A stretch of 64,000 nucleotides of DNA from a virus: positions 1 to 64,000 of IMG/VR virus record IMGVR_UViG_3300044695_006747. The stretch is one strand, 5' to 3'. Both the position numbers and the translations under genes were made by a program. How positions within the stretch are numbered: position 1 is the first letter of the stretch; each line of letters starts with the position of its first letter. The notes under the pieces were generated by a model. It did no database searches and was not told the origin of the DNA. It worked only from the letters and a program-made list of their open reading frames with translations. Below, in pieces: positions 12,286 to 21,764 of the stretch.

Positions 12286-14284
12286 TGACGCTTGGTTAAA
12301 TCTTGGTAATTTGTCTGATATTATCGTACCAGACAATCCAATGATTCATCGAACCGAAAAAGAAATAGAAAATCCTGATTTACATTTATTGAAGATTTTA
12401 CGAAATCCTAAATATATATCATCAACATGCAAGCTTCTTTTCGATATAGAACTGCACCCTATGCAAACCGCTATTCTACAAGAATTTTGGATACGAGCAT
12501 TTCCAATGTATATAGCATCTCGTGGTTGGGGTAAAAGTTTCCTATTAGCATTGTATTGTGTTTTACGATGCTCATTTTTTCCAGGAACAAAAATTGTTGT
12601 GGTGGGAGCAGCATTTAGACAAAGTAAAATCATATTCGAATATATGGAAACTATTTGGAGAAATAGTCCAATATTACGCAGTATCTTCAATGGAAACGAT
12701 GATGGACCACGTCGTGATGTTGACAGGTGTACGATTCGATTAGGAGACAGTTGGACCATTGCGATTCCTATGGGCGATGGTAGCAAGATTAGAGGATTAA
12801 GAGCACATATTATCATCGCAGACGAGTTCGCATCAATATCTCCAGATATATATGAAACAGTAGTCTCAGGGTTCGCTGCTGTTAGTGCTAGTCCAATACA
12901 AAATGTGAAAGAACAAGCTAAAAAACAAGCTATGATAGAGGCTGGGTTGTGGAACGAAGAATTGGAAGTACTAGAATACAAAATGGGTAATCAGGCAATT
13001 ATTAGTGGAACAGCAGACTATGGATTTAAACACTTCGCTAGCTACTGGAAAAGATACAAAGCAATTATAGAAAGCAAAGGAGACTCAACTAAGCTTAAAG
13101 AAATATTTGGTGGAGAAATACCAAGTAATTTTAATTGGAAAGATTATAGTATTATTAGAATACCATACGAACTCATTCCAAAAGGATTCATGGATGATAA
13201 ACAGGTTAGTAGAGCAAAAGCTACTATACATACTGGTATTTATAATATGGAATATGCAGCATGTTTTGTTAACGATAGCGAAGGATTCTTCAGGCGCAGT
13301 CTTATAGAATCTTGCGTTGCTTCAGACATTAATCCTATTAAGCATAATGAGAGACCAATAGTTTTTGATGCGGCAGTAAAAGGTAATGCTAATTTAAGTT
13401 ATGTATACGGGGTTGACCCGGCTAGTGAAAAAGATAATTTTAGCATCACAGTTTTAGAACTACATCCTGATCACAGTAGAGTTGTTTATTGTTGGACAAC
13501 TAATAGAAGCAATTTTAAAGAAAGACAAAAAACAGGACTTATTAATGATCATGATTTCTATGGATTTTGTGCTAGAAAAATTAGAAATCTTATGAAGATT
13601 TTTCCTTGTGTTAAGATAGGTATGGATGCTCAGGGAGGAGGAGTAGCAATAGAAGAAGCTCTACACGATCCAAATAAATTAGAAGAAGGTGAAAATTTAA
13701 TTTGGCCTATAATAGACGGAAATAAAAATAAAGATACAGATGATCAAGCAGGATTACACATACTCGAACTTGTACAGTTTGCTAAAGCAGAATGGACTAG
13801 TCAGGCAAATCATGGATTAAGAAAAGATTTAGAAGATAAAGTATTGCTATTTCCTAGATTTGATAATTTAACACTTGGATTAGCATTAGATTCAGAAGGC
13901 AAAGATATTCTTGGACACGATCTTACTCCTTTATATGATAATTTAAGTGAATGTATACTAGAAATTGAAGAATTAAAAAATGAACTGACAACTATTGTGA
14001 TGACACAGACTAGCACAGGATCAAACGCTAGAGACAGATGGGATACTCCGGAAGTAAAATTACAAAACGGAAAAAAAGGAAGATTGCGAAAAGATAGATA
14101 TAGTTCATTATTAATTGCTAATATGCTAGCTAGACAAATGCATCGATCAATCAAATCTATTGAATACGATGTTGTTGGAGGAAATGCTAGAAACTTAGTT
14201 GGTCAAAACGGTCAAATGTACAAAGGTCCAGACTGGTTTGTCTCAGGAGCTAATGATTCTGAATTTTATGGCATATATAAATAA
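12251..14284 (+). CDS. terL: Terminase large subunit
   Basis: Walker A ASRGWGKS, Walker B IIIADEF, RNase H-like GVDPAS and KDRYSS. Confidence 0.88.
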   Translation: MNSNTTIKKKFDDAWLNLGNLSDIIVPDNPMIHRTEKEIENPDLHLLKILRNPKYISSTCKLLFDIELHPMQTAILQEFWIRAFPMYIASRGWGKSFLLALYCVLRCSFFPGTKIVVVGAAFRQSKIIFEYMETIWRNSPILRSIFNGNDDGPRRDVDRCTIRLGDSWTIAIPMGDGSKIRGLRAHIIIADEFASISPDIYETVVSGFAAVSASPIQNVKEQAKKQAMIEAGLWNEELEVLEYKMGNQAIISGTADYGFKHFASYWKRYKAIIESKGDSTKLKEIFGGEIPSNFNWKDYSIIRIPYELIPKGFMDDKQVSRAKATIHTGIYNMEYAACFVNDSEGFFRRSLIESCVASDINPIKHNERPIVFDAAVKGNANLSYVYGVDPASEKDNFSITVLELHPDHSRVVYCWTTNRSNFKERQKTGLINDHDFYGFCARKIRNLMKIFPCVKIGMDAQGGGVAIEEALHDPNKLEEGENLIWPIIDGNKNKDTDDQAGLHILELVQFAKAEWTSQANHGLRKDLEDKVLLFPRFDNLTLGLALDSEGKDILGHDLTPLYDNLSECILEIEELKNELTTIVMTQTSTGSNARDRWDTPEVKLQNGKKGRLRKDRYSSLLIANMLARQMHRSIKSIEYDVVGGNARNLVGQNGQMYKGPDWFVSGANDSEFYGIYK

Positions 14285-14285
14285 A

Positions 14286-14296
14286 GGTGTACATTA
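14286..14296 (+). promoter_or_regulatory. Putative late-promoter motif GGTGTA
   Basis: Recurs upstream of several structural genes (see findings). Confidence 0.45.
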
Positions 14297-14331
14297 CTAT
14301 TACAATAACATTACATTAGTATTATAAAAAT

Positions 14332-16515
14332 ATGGCTAAAAAACCCACCAAAAACAGTCCAATTAACGATGCTCCCTCTATTGGAGAAGAAGCTTATGTT
14401 GCTTGGAGTGATGATATCAATTCCAAGAAAGAAGCCCTAAGAACAGCATCAGAATCGTTAACTGAATTTATCGGAGTTAATCATGCGTCTGGTGCTCGTA
14501 GGTATAGTTTGGATTTTAGCAATCTAGACTCAAATACTTCTGGCAGACCAGGACTCACCAGATCAGATTACGACTTTTTCAGACCAGACGAAACAGTACC
14601 CACTAGAGTCAAGAGCATAATTCGTAAAGCAGACGATATCTATCAAAAGGTGGGACTAGTAAAAAATGTTATTGATTTAATGGCAGACTTTGCTGTACAG
14701 GGAATACGACCAGTTCATAGAAATAAAAGGATAGAAAGATTTTTTAAGCAGTGGTTCAAAAAAATTAATGGTAGAGATAGAAGTGAAAGATTTCTTAATA
14801 ACCTATATAAAGTTGGAAATGTTGTTATTAATAGACAAACAGCTAAAGTAAATGTTAAAGTAACAGATACACTATATAAAAGTCTTGGCGGTCCAGACCA
14901 ATATCTCAATGATATGGATGATTTAAAAGTTGAAAAAAGAGAAATTCCTTGGAAATATACTTTTATTGATCCTGTGTATGTTGAAGTAGCAGCAGGACCA
15001 TTAGCATCATTCACATCAGAAAAAAGATACGAACTTGTTTTACCAGCATCTTTAAGAAAAATTATAAACGCACCAAAAACAGAAGCAGAAAAATCTGTTA
15101 TTAGTAATTTACCTCCAGCAATTATTGAAGCAGCTAAAACTAGAAAAGCATATCCTTTAGATCCAAGCAAAACTATTGTTAATCACTACAAGAAAGACGA
15201 TTGGCAGAGCTGGGCATTTCCTATGATCTATGCGATTATGGATGATATTATCGTTTTAGAAAAACTTAAACTTGCGGATATGGCAGCTCTTGACGGAGCT
15301 ATTAGTAATATTCGTATTTTTAAATTAGGAAGTTTAGAACATAAAATTGCTCCAACAAAAGCCGCAACCGCTAAACTAGCACAAATTCTAGGTAATAATG
15401 TTGGTGGTGGCACAATGGATCTTGTTTGGGGTCCAGATATTGAGTTACTTGAAAGTAATACCAATGTTCATAACTTTTTAGGAGAAGGTAAATATACTCC
15501 ACATTTAAATAGTGTTTATGCTGGTCTTGGTATTCCTCCAACTCTAACTGGAACGTATGGAGCAGCAGGAACAACAAATAATTTCATATCTCTAAAAACC
15601 CTAACACAAAGACTACAGTATGGTAGAGATTTAATTACAGAATTTTGGGAAAAAGAGATGGCAATTGTACAAAAAGCAATGGGTTTCAAATATCCAGCTA
15701 AAATTGAATTTGATAGGATGGATTTAAGTAATGAAGAAGCAGAAAAATCTTTATTAATCCAACTAGCTGATAGAAATCTAGTTAGTGATGAATTATTACA
15801 GAAACGTTTTGGTTTTGATCCAGAGATGGAAAAAGTTAGACTAAATAGAGAACAAAGAGAAAGACAATCAAATAGAATGATTAAAAAATCTGGTCCGTGG
15901 CATGATCCTCAAATAGAAAATTCCCTTAAGAAAATTGCTTTACAGTCCGGAGCTGCTACTCCAAGTCAAGTTGGATTAAGTCTAGATAAAAAGAAGAATG
16001 GAGAAAAGACGGTTCTTGAGCTACGACAATCAATGATGACAAAGCCACCAACTGGGTTGGCAAAAGATTCGCCAGAATCTTTGCCAGGACAACCAGAGCA
16101 AGGAAGACCCAGGAATTCTAAAGATACACAGCAAAGGAAAGAAAAAACATTTAAACCACGAACAGGAGCCAGTTTAGCAATTTGGGCCGCAAACGCACAA
16201 GAGAAAATTGCTGAAATTATAAATCCAATTATGTTAGAATTTTATGATAAAAAAAATGTAAGAAGTTTATCTAATGAGCAAACTCTAGAATTAGAACAAA
16301 TAAAAACAAAAGTATTATTTGATCTCAAACCCTTCTCACAAATAGACCACGAATCTATAAAGCATTCTCTGCATAATTTAAATAATAATAACAATAAAGA
16401 ATATTTTACCTATCAAAACTATATTAAACAAATTAGTAATGACTTAAATAGACAATTAACTATAGATGAACAAAAACAGGCCAAGGCATCCTTTTATTCT
16501 ATGGTGTATGAATAA
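14332..16515 (+). CDS. Portal protein
   Basis: 727 aa between TerL and the protease; helical, with GIPP-type and DRMDL segments. Confidence 0.72.
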   Translation: MAKKPTKNSPINDAPSIGEEAYVAWSDDINSKKEALRTASESLTEFIGVNHASGARRYSLDFSNLDSNTSGRPGLTRSDYDFFRPDETVPTRVKSIIRKADDIYQKVGLVKNVIDLMADFAVQGIRPVHRNKRIERFFKQWFKKINGRDRSERFLNNLYKVGNVVINRQTAKVNVKVTDTLYKSLGGPDQYLNDMDDLKVEKREIPWKYTFIDPVYVEVAAGPLASFTSEKRYELVLPASLRKIINAPKTEAEKSVISNLPPAIIEAAKTRKAYPLDPSKTIVNHYKKDDWQSWAFPMIYAIMDDIIVLEKLKLADMAALDGAISNIRIFKLGSLEHKIAPTKAATAKLAQILGNNVGGGTMDLVWGPDIELLESNTNVHNFLGEGKYTPHLNSVYAGLGIPPTLTGTYGAAGTTNNFISLKTLTQRLQYGRDLITEFWEKEMAIVQKAMGFKYPAKIEFDRMDLSNEEAEKSLLIQLADRNLVSDELLQKRFGFDPEMEKVRLNREQRERQSNRMIKKSGPWHDPQIENSLKKIALQSGAATPSQVGLSLDKKKNGEKTVLELRQSMMTKPPTGLAKDSPESLPGQPEQGRPRNSKDTQQRKEKTFKPRTGASLAIWAANAQEKIAEIINPIMLEFYDKKNVRSLSNEQTLELEQIKTKVLFDLKPFSQIDHESIKHSLHNLNNNNNKEYFTYQNYIKQISNDLNRQLTIDEQKQAKASFYSMVYE

Positions 16516-16539
16516 CCATAACTAATGGAGTAAAATATT

Positions 16540-18036
16540 ATGGAAATTTTTGAATCAGAAATTGCTGACGGTTTAGAGAATCAAATTAAAGCATCAGCAT
16601 CAATAGTCTATGCTTCTGTTGCAGAACCATCTTCTGATAATAATTTTACTATGGCCGAAATAAAATCTTTAGGATCGGTAAGCGATAAAGATTTATATTA
16701 TGTACAATCTATTCTAGTAAGTTCTTCTTGGAATAAAAATGATGATATTTTTGACAAAAGAGAAATTTGGTTAGCTAAAAATACTCCAGAAGATAAACCA
16801 ACAAATTTAAATCATGATGAAAATCTAATTATAGGACATATCACTGCGAATTGGCCAATAACCGAAGAAGGAACTATTATTGATGAAGATATTGAAATAG
16901 ATAATCTTCCAGATAAATTTCATATATTAACAGGCTCTGTAATTTATAAAGGATTTAGTAAACCAGAACTTAGGGACAGATCTAATAGACTCATTGCAGA
17001 AATAGAAAATGGTACTAAATATGTTAGCATGGAGTGTTTTTTCAAGGGATTTGATTATGGCCTAATTAATAGAGCCACTAATGAATATAAAATATTAAGA
17101 AGAAATAATGATACAGCATATCTTAGTAAGCACTTAAGAGCATATGGTGGATTAGGAGAATATGATAACTATAAAATAGGTAGAGTGCTAAGAGATATAA
17201 CATTTAGTGGTAAGGGTTTTGTTGACAAACCAGCAAATCCTGATAGTATAATATTTACAAAACATTCATTACCCAATTTACAGACAGAAAAAAATAACAA
17301 TTTTTCAGAAAATAGTGTATCTAATGATCAGACAACCCCCGAAGCGGAGAACAATATTATGAATTTAGATCTAGAACCAGTTATGACAGAAGTAACCACA
17401 ATCAAAACCAAGCTTGAAGCTATGGAAGGTTGCTCAGATCTCGTAAAAGAAGCTTATGCTTCTGTTGATACTCTTAAGGGAGCAAATATCGAACTAGAAG
17501 GCGTTTTAGCAGAAACAAGACAAGCTCTAGAGGAATCAAATCTTCAAAAAGAAGAAGCTGCTAAAAAAATGGACGAAGAGATGAAAAAGAAGCAAGAAGA
17601 AATGATGAAAATGAAAGCAGAACTTGACAGCGCTTTAGAAGCTATCGCTGCTTATAAAATGAAAGAAGAAGAAATGGCCAAAAAAGAAAAGAAAATGAAG
17701 AGAATGGCCGCTCTTATTGAGGCTGGTGTAGAATCAGAATCGGCAGATGCTACAGCAGAGCAATTCAATGAATTAAACGATGAACTCTTTGCCACAATGA
17801 CAACCCTACTTGCTGCTAAAAAATCTTCTATGAAAAAAGAAGAAGAAATGATGATGAAAAAACCAAAGGCTTCAGAAAATACAGACACATCTGTGTTAGA
17901 AGAAGTTGAGGTCACAGAAGCCGAAGTAGAACTAGGTGTTGGTGGAGAGCAAGAATCCGCCGTTGACAATACTCGTGCCGAATTGGTCGAATTCGTATGT
18001 GCCAGACTAGGTAAAAAACTTAATAAGGGAGAATAA
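16540..18036 (+). CDS. Prohead protease with C-terminal scaffold domain
   Basis: NKNDDIF, NLNHD, IIGHI, VSMEC and GFVDKPANP motifs; M/K/E-rich coiled-coil C-terminus. Confidence 0.72.
   Translation: MEIFESEIADGLENQIKASASIVYASVAEPSSDNNFTMAEIKSLGSVSDKDLYYVQSILVSSSWNKNDDIFDKREIWLAKNTPEDKPTNLNHDENLIIGHITANWPITEEGTIIDEDIEIDNLPDKFHILTGSVIYKGFSKPELRDRSNRLIAEIENGTKYVSMECFFKGFDYGLINRATNEYKILRRNNDTAYLSKHLRAYGGLGEYDNYKIGRVLRDITFSGKGFVDKPANPDSIIFTKHSLPNLQTEKNNNFSENSVSNDQTTPEAENNIMNLDLEPVMTEVTTIKTKLEAMEGCSDLVKEAYASVDTLKGANIELEGVLAETRQALEESNLQKEEAAKKMDEEMKKKQEEMMKMKAELDSALEAIAAYKMKEEEMAKKEKKMKRMAALIEAGVESESADATAEQFNELNDELFATMTTLLAAKKSSMKKEEEMMMKKPKASENTDTSVLEEVEVTEAEVELGVGGEQESAVDNTRAELVEFVCARLGKKLNKGE
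17359..18036 (+). CDS. Nested in-frame scaffold protein (internal start)
   Basis: GGAG RBS at 17346, in-frame ATG at 17359, AGTGTATCTAAT at 17314. Confidence 0.5.
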   Translation: MNLDLEPVMTEVTTIKTKLEAMEGCSDLVKEAYASVDTLKGANIELEGVLAETRQALEESNLQKEEAAKKMDEEMKKKQEEMMKMKAELDSALEAIAAYKMKEEEMAKKEKKMKRMAALIEAGVESESADATAEQFNELNDELFATMTTLLAAKKSSMKKEEEMMMKKPKASENTDTSVLEEVEVTEAEVELGVGGEQESAVDNTRAELVEFVCARLGKKLNKGE

Positions 18037-18037
18037 C

Positions 18038-18493
18038 ATGGCTCTTAAACCAGATCGTATTGAATTATTAACAGATATCTCTTTCTTCATGAATACAACC
18101 GCAGAGCGTGGCGGTGTAGTTTCAGCTGTAACTATGGGTTCTGGCGTCTCTATGGACGATGCTAATGCTGTAGTAGCTTATGCTGCTGTTGCAAGTGGTG
18201 CTCGTCCAGTAGGCGTTTTGCTAAATGACGTTGTTAATCTGGATCTAACCAGACAACACATCAATTGGCACAAAGACGAAGTTCAGGTTGGTGGCAAGGT
18301 TACTGTTCTACGTAATGGACAGGTTACAACCAACAGACTAGTTGCTAGTATTACCCCATCTGCTGGCGCCCCAGCTTATGTTGGTGCTAGTGGCCTCATT
18401 GGTACATCAAGCACAAACGCTGTTCAAGTTGGTCAGTTTTTAAGTGGCGTCGATGCAGACGGTTACGCAAAAGTTTCAATCAATATTGCTTAA
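18038..18493 (+). CDS. Capsid decoration/cement protein
   Basis: 151-aa small-residue-rich protein directly before the capsid gene; GGGAG RBS. Confidence 0.6.
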   Translation: MALKPDRIELLTDISFFMNTTAERGGVVSAVTMGSGVSMDDANAVVAYAAVASGARPVGVLLNDVVNLDLTRQHINWHKDEVQVGGKVTVLRNGQVTTNRLVASITPSAGAPAYVGASGLIGTSSTNAVQVGQFLSGVDADGYAKVSINIA

Positions 18494-18524
18494 GCTTTAT
18501 TAAATTCTTAAAAGGGAGAAAAAC

Positions 18525-19535
18525 ATGGCAGGCAACAATCAAGTGTTTCAACCAACACCAGAATTAACAGATCTTCTTGTTCGTTCTGGCTCGTTACAAA
18601 GAGAAGAGGCTATTTCAGCCAATGCTGAATTCGCCAAAGCTCTTGAACTTCCAATTCGTCAAGGTATCCTAAGTGGTGATATCCTCGACGGCATTTTCGA
18701 GCCAATCACATTAGCTCAAAGTGCAACTCCAGAGTTTCCACTAGACTTCCTAGCTCCTGGCACCGAAAAGGACTTTGTGGCTTACACAATTCCTAATCAC
18801 GGCTATATTCCAGAGCGTCATGTTGAAGGCGATTATGTCATGGTTCCAACCTATGATATTGGCGCCTCGATTGACTATCTCCTAAAGTATGCTCGTGATG
18901 CTCGTTGGGACGTTGTTGGTCGTGCTATGGAAGTTCTAGAAAGTTCGTTTGTTAAGAAGATGAATGATGACGGATGGCACACACTACTAGCTGCTGGTGT
19001 TGATCGTAACATTGTTGTTTACGATAGCGATGCTGCTGCTGGTCAGTTCACCAAGCGTCTAGTCTCCTTAATGAAGACTGTTATGCGCAGAAATGGTGGC
19101 GGTAATAGCGCCAGCAATAATCGTGGTATGTTGACTGATCTATATGTTTCTCCCGAAGCTATGGAAGATATCCGCAATTGGGGTGTTGATCAAGTCGATG
19201 AAGTTACTCGTCGTGAGATCTATGTTGCTGCCGATGGTACTCTTAACAGAGTATTCGGTGTCAATCTTCACGATCTTGATGAACTAGGTGAAGGTCAAGA
19301 ATATCAACTATTCTATAGTGATGTTCTTAGTGGCTCACTACCAGCCAGCGATTCCGAAATCGTTGTTGGTCTTGATCTACGAAAGAGAGACAGTTTCATA
19401 ATGCCAATTCGTGAACAAGTTCAAATCTTCGAAGACGATACTCTACATCGTCAGAAGAGAGCTGGTTTTTACGGATGGGCAGAACAAGGCTTTGCTGTTC
19501 TAGACAACCGCAGAGTATTACTTGGCTCACTCTGA
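18525..19535 (+). CDS. Major capsid protein (HK97-like)
   Basis: 336 aa, strong RBS, biased codon use, GFYGWAEQGFAVLDNRR C-terminus, followed by a terminator. Confidence 0.82.
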   Translation: MAGNNQVFQPTPELTDLLVRSGSLQREEAISANAEFAKALELPIRQGILSGDILDGIFEPITLAQSATPEFPLDFLAPGTEKDFVAYTIPNHGYIPERHVEGDYVMVPTYDIGASIDYLLKYARDARWDVVGRAMEVLESSFVKKMNDDGWHTLLAAGVDRNIVVYDSDAAAGQFTKRLVSLMKTVMRRNGGGNSASNNRGMLTDLYVSPEAMEDIRNWGVDQVDEVTRREIYVAADGTLNRVFGVNLHDLDELGEGQEYQLFYSDVLSGSLPASDSEIVVGLDLRKRDSFIMPIREQVQIFEDDTLHRQKRAGFYGWAEQGFAVLDNRRVLLGSL

Positions 19536-19562
19536 TCTTTCCTACAATTGATCATTATAAAG

Positions 19563-19589
19563 AAAGCCGGCCCTTGGTCGGCTTTTTTT
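19563..19589 (+). terminator. Intrinsic terminator after the capsid gene
   Basis: AGCCGGCC-CTT-GGTCGGCT followed by a T run. Confidence 0.85.
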
Positions 19590-19594
19590 ATTTA

Positions 19595-19606
19595 GGTGTA
19601 TTATAC
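19595..19606 (+). promoter_or_regulatory. Putative late-promoter motif GGTGTATTATA
   Basis: Directly after the terminator, upstream of 19639. Confidence 0.5.
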
Positions 19607-19638
19607 TTATAGAACAATAATCTTAAAGGTACTCTACT

Positions 19639-20040
19639 ATGCCAGCAAGTAGATATGATTTTTCTATTGAGCAAGGGTCTTCCTTTAGGATGTCTCTTGT
19701 ATACAAAGATGATCTTGGTAATCCTATTGATTTGACCGATTATTGTGCAAGATTAACTTGGACCACAAGTAAAGGAGTTGTTCAAACTTTTACCACACTA
19801 AATATAGACTATAGTGTGTATAAATTTACTATAGAACCTCTTATTGGTAAAATAACACTATTGATACCCTCCTCAGTAACTAATGATTTTACTTTTGAAA
19901 CAGCCAAATACGACTTGGAACTACAAAGCGATGACGATTTATATGTTGGTGGTGGTAAGTATACTACCAGATTAATATATGGCACTATAACTATTTTACA
20001 GAGGTATAGTGGTAATGATACCGCGTTGGAGTGCGCATAA
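19639..20040 (+). CDS. Virion Ig-like adaptor (BppU N-terminal-like)
   Basis: YDFSIEQGSSF...PIDLTDY...YDLEL pattern; paralog of 31556-31996. Confidence 0.6.
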   Translation: MPASRYDFSIEQGSSFRMSLVYKDDLGNPIDLTDYCARLTWTTSKGVVQTFTTLNIDYSVYKFTIEPLIGKITLLIPSSVTNDFTFETAKYDLELQSDDDLYVGGGKYTTRLIYGTITILQRYSGNDTALECA

Positions 20041-20264
20041 TGAGCACAACAATACAAATTACAGAATCTGTTAATTTATTGGAGATAGAAACATCAATAT
20101 CAAATACTGTTAATAATTTGGAAATTGAATATTCAGAAATTAATAATATTGAAATTAATTCTGGTTTTACAGCATCAATTGTTTATGCTAGTGATGTTGT
20201 GGGATTGGATACTTTTATAGATAATTTTATGGATAATTATAATATAGACTGTGGTTCACCATAA
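20031..20264 (+). CDS. Small acidic virion protein
   Basis: Ends IDCGSP, like the next gene; start probably 20040. Confidence 0.5.
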   Translation: MRIMSTTIQITESVNLLEIETSISNTVNNLEIEYSEINNIEINSGFTASIVYASDVVGLDTFIDNFMDNYNIDCGSP

Positions 20265-20294
20265 ACATTCCCAGACCAATAATGGAGATTTAAC

Positions 20295-21689
20295 ATGCCA
20301 GTTAATACAAGATTACAAGTAAGAAGAGGCACAGCATCATCATGGACAAGTGCGGATCCTATACTGTATGCTGGTGAAATCGGATATGAAACAGATACTG
20401 GTCGTATCAAAATAGGCGATGGAACCACAGTATGGTCAAGTTTAGATTATAATGCAGTTGTACCGTCTAGTTTTCTGGCTGGCAGTGGTTTGAGTGTTAG
20501 CGTTGCTGCTGATGGATCAACAGTAACATATAGCTTAAGCGATCCAACAATACAGGCTAGCGACATAACAGATTTTAATAGTGCTGTTAGTGGTTTATTG
20601 CCGGTTAAAAATATCACATCTGGCAGTGGCATTAGTGTTAATAATGTTGCTGGCAATTTTACTATATCTTTAAGTGATCCAACAATTCAGGTTGCTGATA
20701 TAACAGATTTTATTGATGGTGTGAATGATCGAGTAGCAGATCTAATTACTGCTGGTAATGGTATTCAGCTGACATATACTGATAATGGTAACGATACTAG
20801 TTCTTTAAATGTTGCTGTTACCGGTATTAGCTTAAGTAATCATACCCATACCTTATCGGCCATCACGGACGTAACAGCATCTGCTACAGAAGTAAATTAT
20901 TTAGATGGTAGTATTCCAGGCACTGGGGTGGCTGGTAAAGCGGTTGTTTTAGATAGTAATCTGAACATATCAAATCTCGGTACAGTTAGCACAACAGGAA
21001 CATTAACAGTTGGCGGAGATCTTATTGTTAATGGAACAACCACAACAGTTAATAGTACAGTAACTACTATTGATGATCCTATACTAACATTAGGCGGAGA
21101 TACTGCTCCTGGTAGTGACGATAATAAAGATCGTGGTATAGAATTCCGCTACTATAATGGTAGTGCTAAAGTTGGATTTTTCGGATACGATGACAGTACT
21201 GGTAAATTCACATTTATTCCAGACGCTACAAATAGTAGTGAGGTATTTAGTGGAACAAAGGGTGAGGTTGATGCTAATGTAGACTGGACTAATATTCTTA
21301 ATAAACCAGATCCAGTAGTTAGTGTTAATCTAACAGGAGATGTTACTGGTAGCGGTAATTTGACCATGACCGATTTGGCTGGTGGCACAATTAATCTTAG
21401 CACCACAATAAGTAGCAATAGTGTTGCTCTTGGCACAGATACTACTGGTAATTATGTTGCTAGTGTGACTAATGGTAGTTATATTACTGGTGGAGATGGA
21501 GGTAGCGAAGGAGCAGCTTTAACATTAGCTGTAGATGCTACTACAACTAATACTGGTAGTAAGGTTGTGGCTAGAGATGCTAGTGGTAATTTTGCGGCCG
21601 GTATTGTGACCGCTAGTGGGCTAACCGGAGTTAATAGTAGTAATCCTGTGGTTATTAGTTATGCTACTATTGATGGAGGTTCGCCATAA
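20295..21689 (+). CDS. Fibre protein with Mtd-N/hyaluronidase-type N-terminal domain
   Basis: RLQVRRGTASSW...GEIGYETDTGRIKIGDG; HTH-type metal motif (NHTHT); ends IDGGSP. Confidence 0.75.
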   Translation: MPVNTRLQVRRGTASSWTSADPILYAGEIGYETDTGRIKIGDGTTVWSSLDYNAVVPSSFLAGSGLSVSVAADGSTVTYSLSDPTIQASDITDFNSAVSGLLPVKNITSGSGISVNNVAGNFTISLSDPTIQVADITDFIDGVNDRVADLITAGNGIQLTYTDNGNDTSSLNVAVTGISLSNHTHTLSAITDVTASATEVNYLDGSIPGTGVAGKAVVLDSNLNISNLGTVSTTGTLTVGGDLIVNGTTTTVNSTVTTIDDPILTLGGDTAPGSDDNKDRGIEFRYYNGSAKVGFFGYDDSTGKFTFIPDATNSSEVFSGTKGEVDANVDWTNILNKPDPVVSVNLTGDVTGSGNLTMTDLAGGTINLSTTISSNSVALGTDTTGNYVASVTNGSYITGGDGGSEGAALTLAVDATTTNTGSKVVARDASGNFAAGIVTASGLTGVNSSNPVVISYATIDGGSP

Positions 21690-21702
21690 TAGATTCTTTA
21701 TA

Positions 21703-21731
21703 TTGACAATTTTATTATAGTATCTTATCAT
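21703..21731 (+). promoter_or_regulatory. sigma70-type promoter TTGACA-17-TATCAT
   Basis: Intergenic, upstream of the large fibre gene. Confidence 0.45.
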
Positions 21732-21764
21732 ATTATGATACATTAGGACTATTAGGGCCACTCT

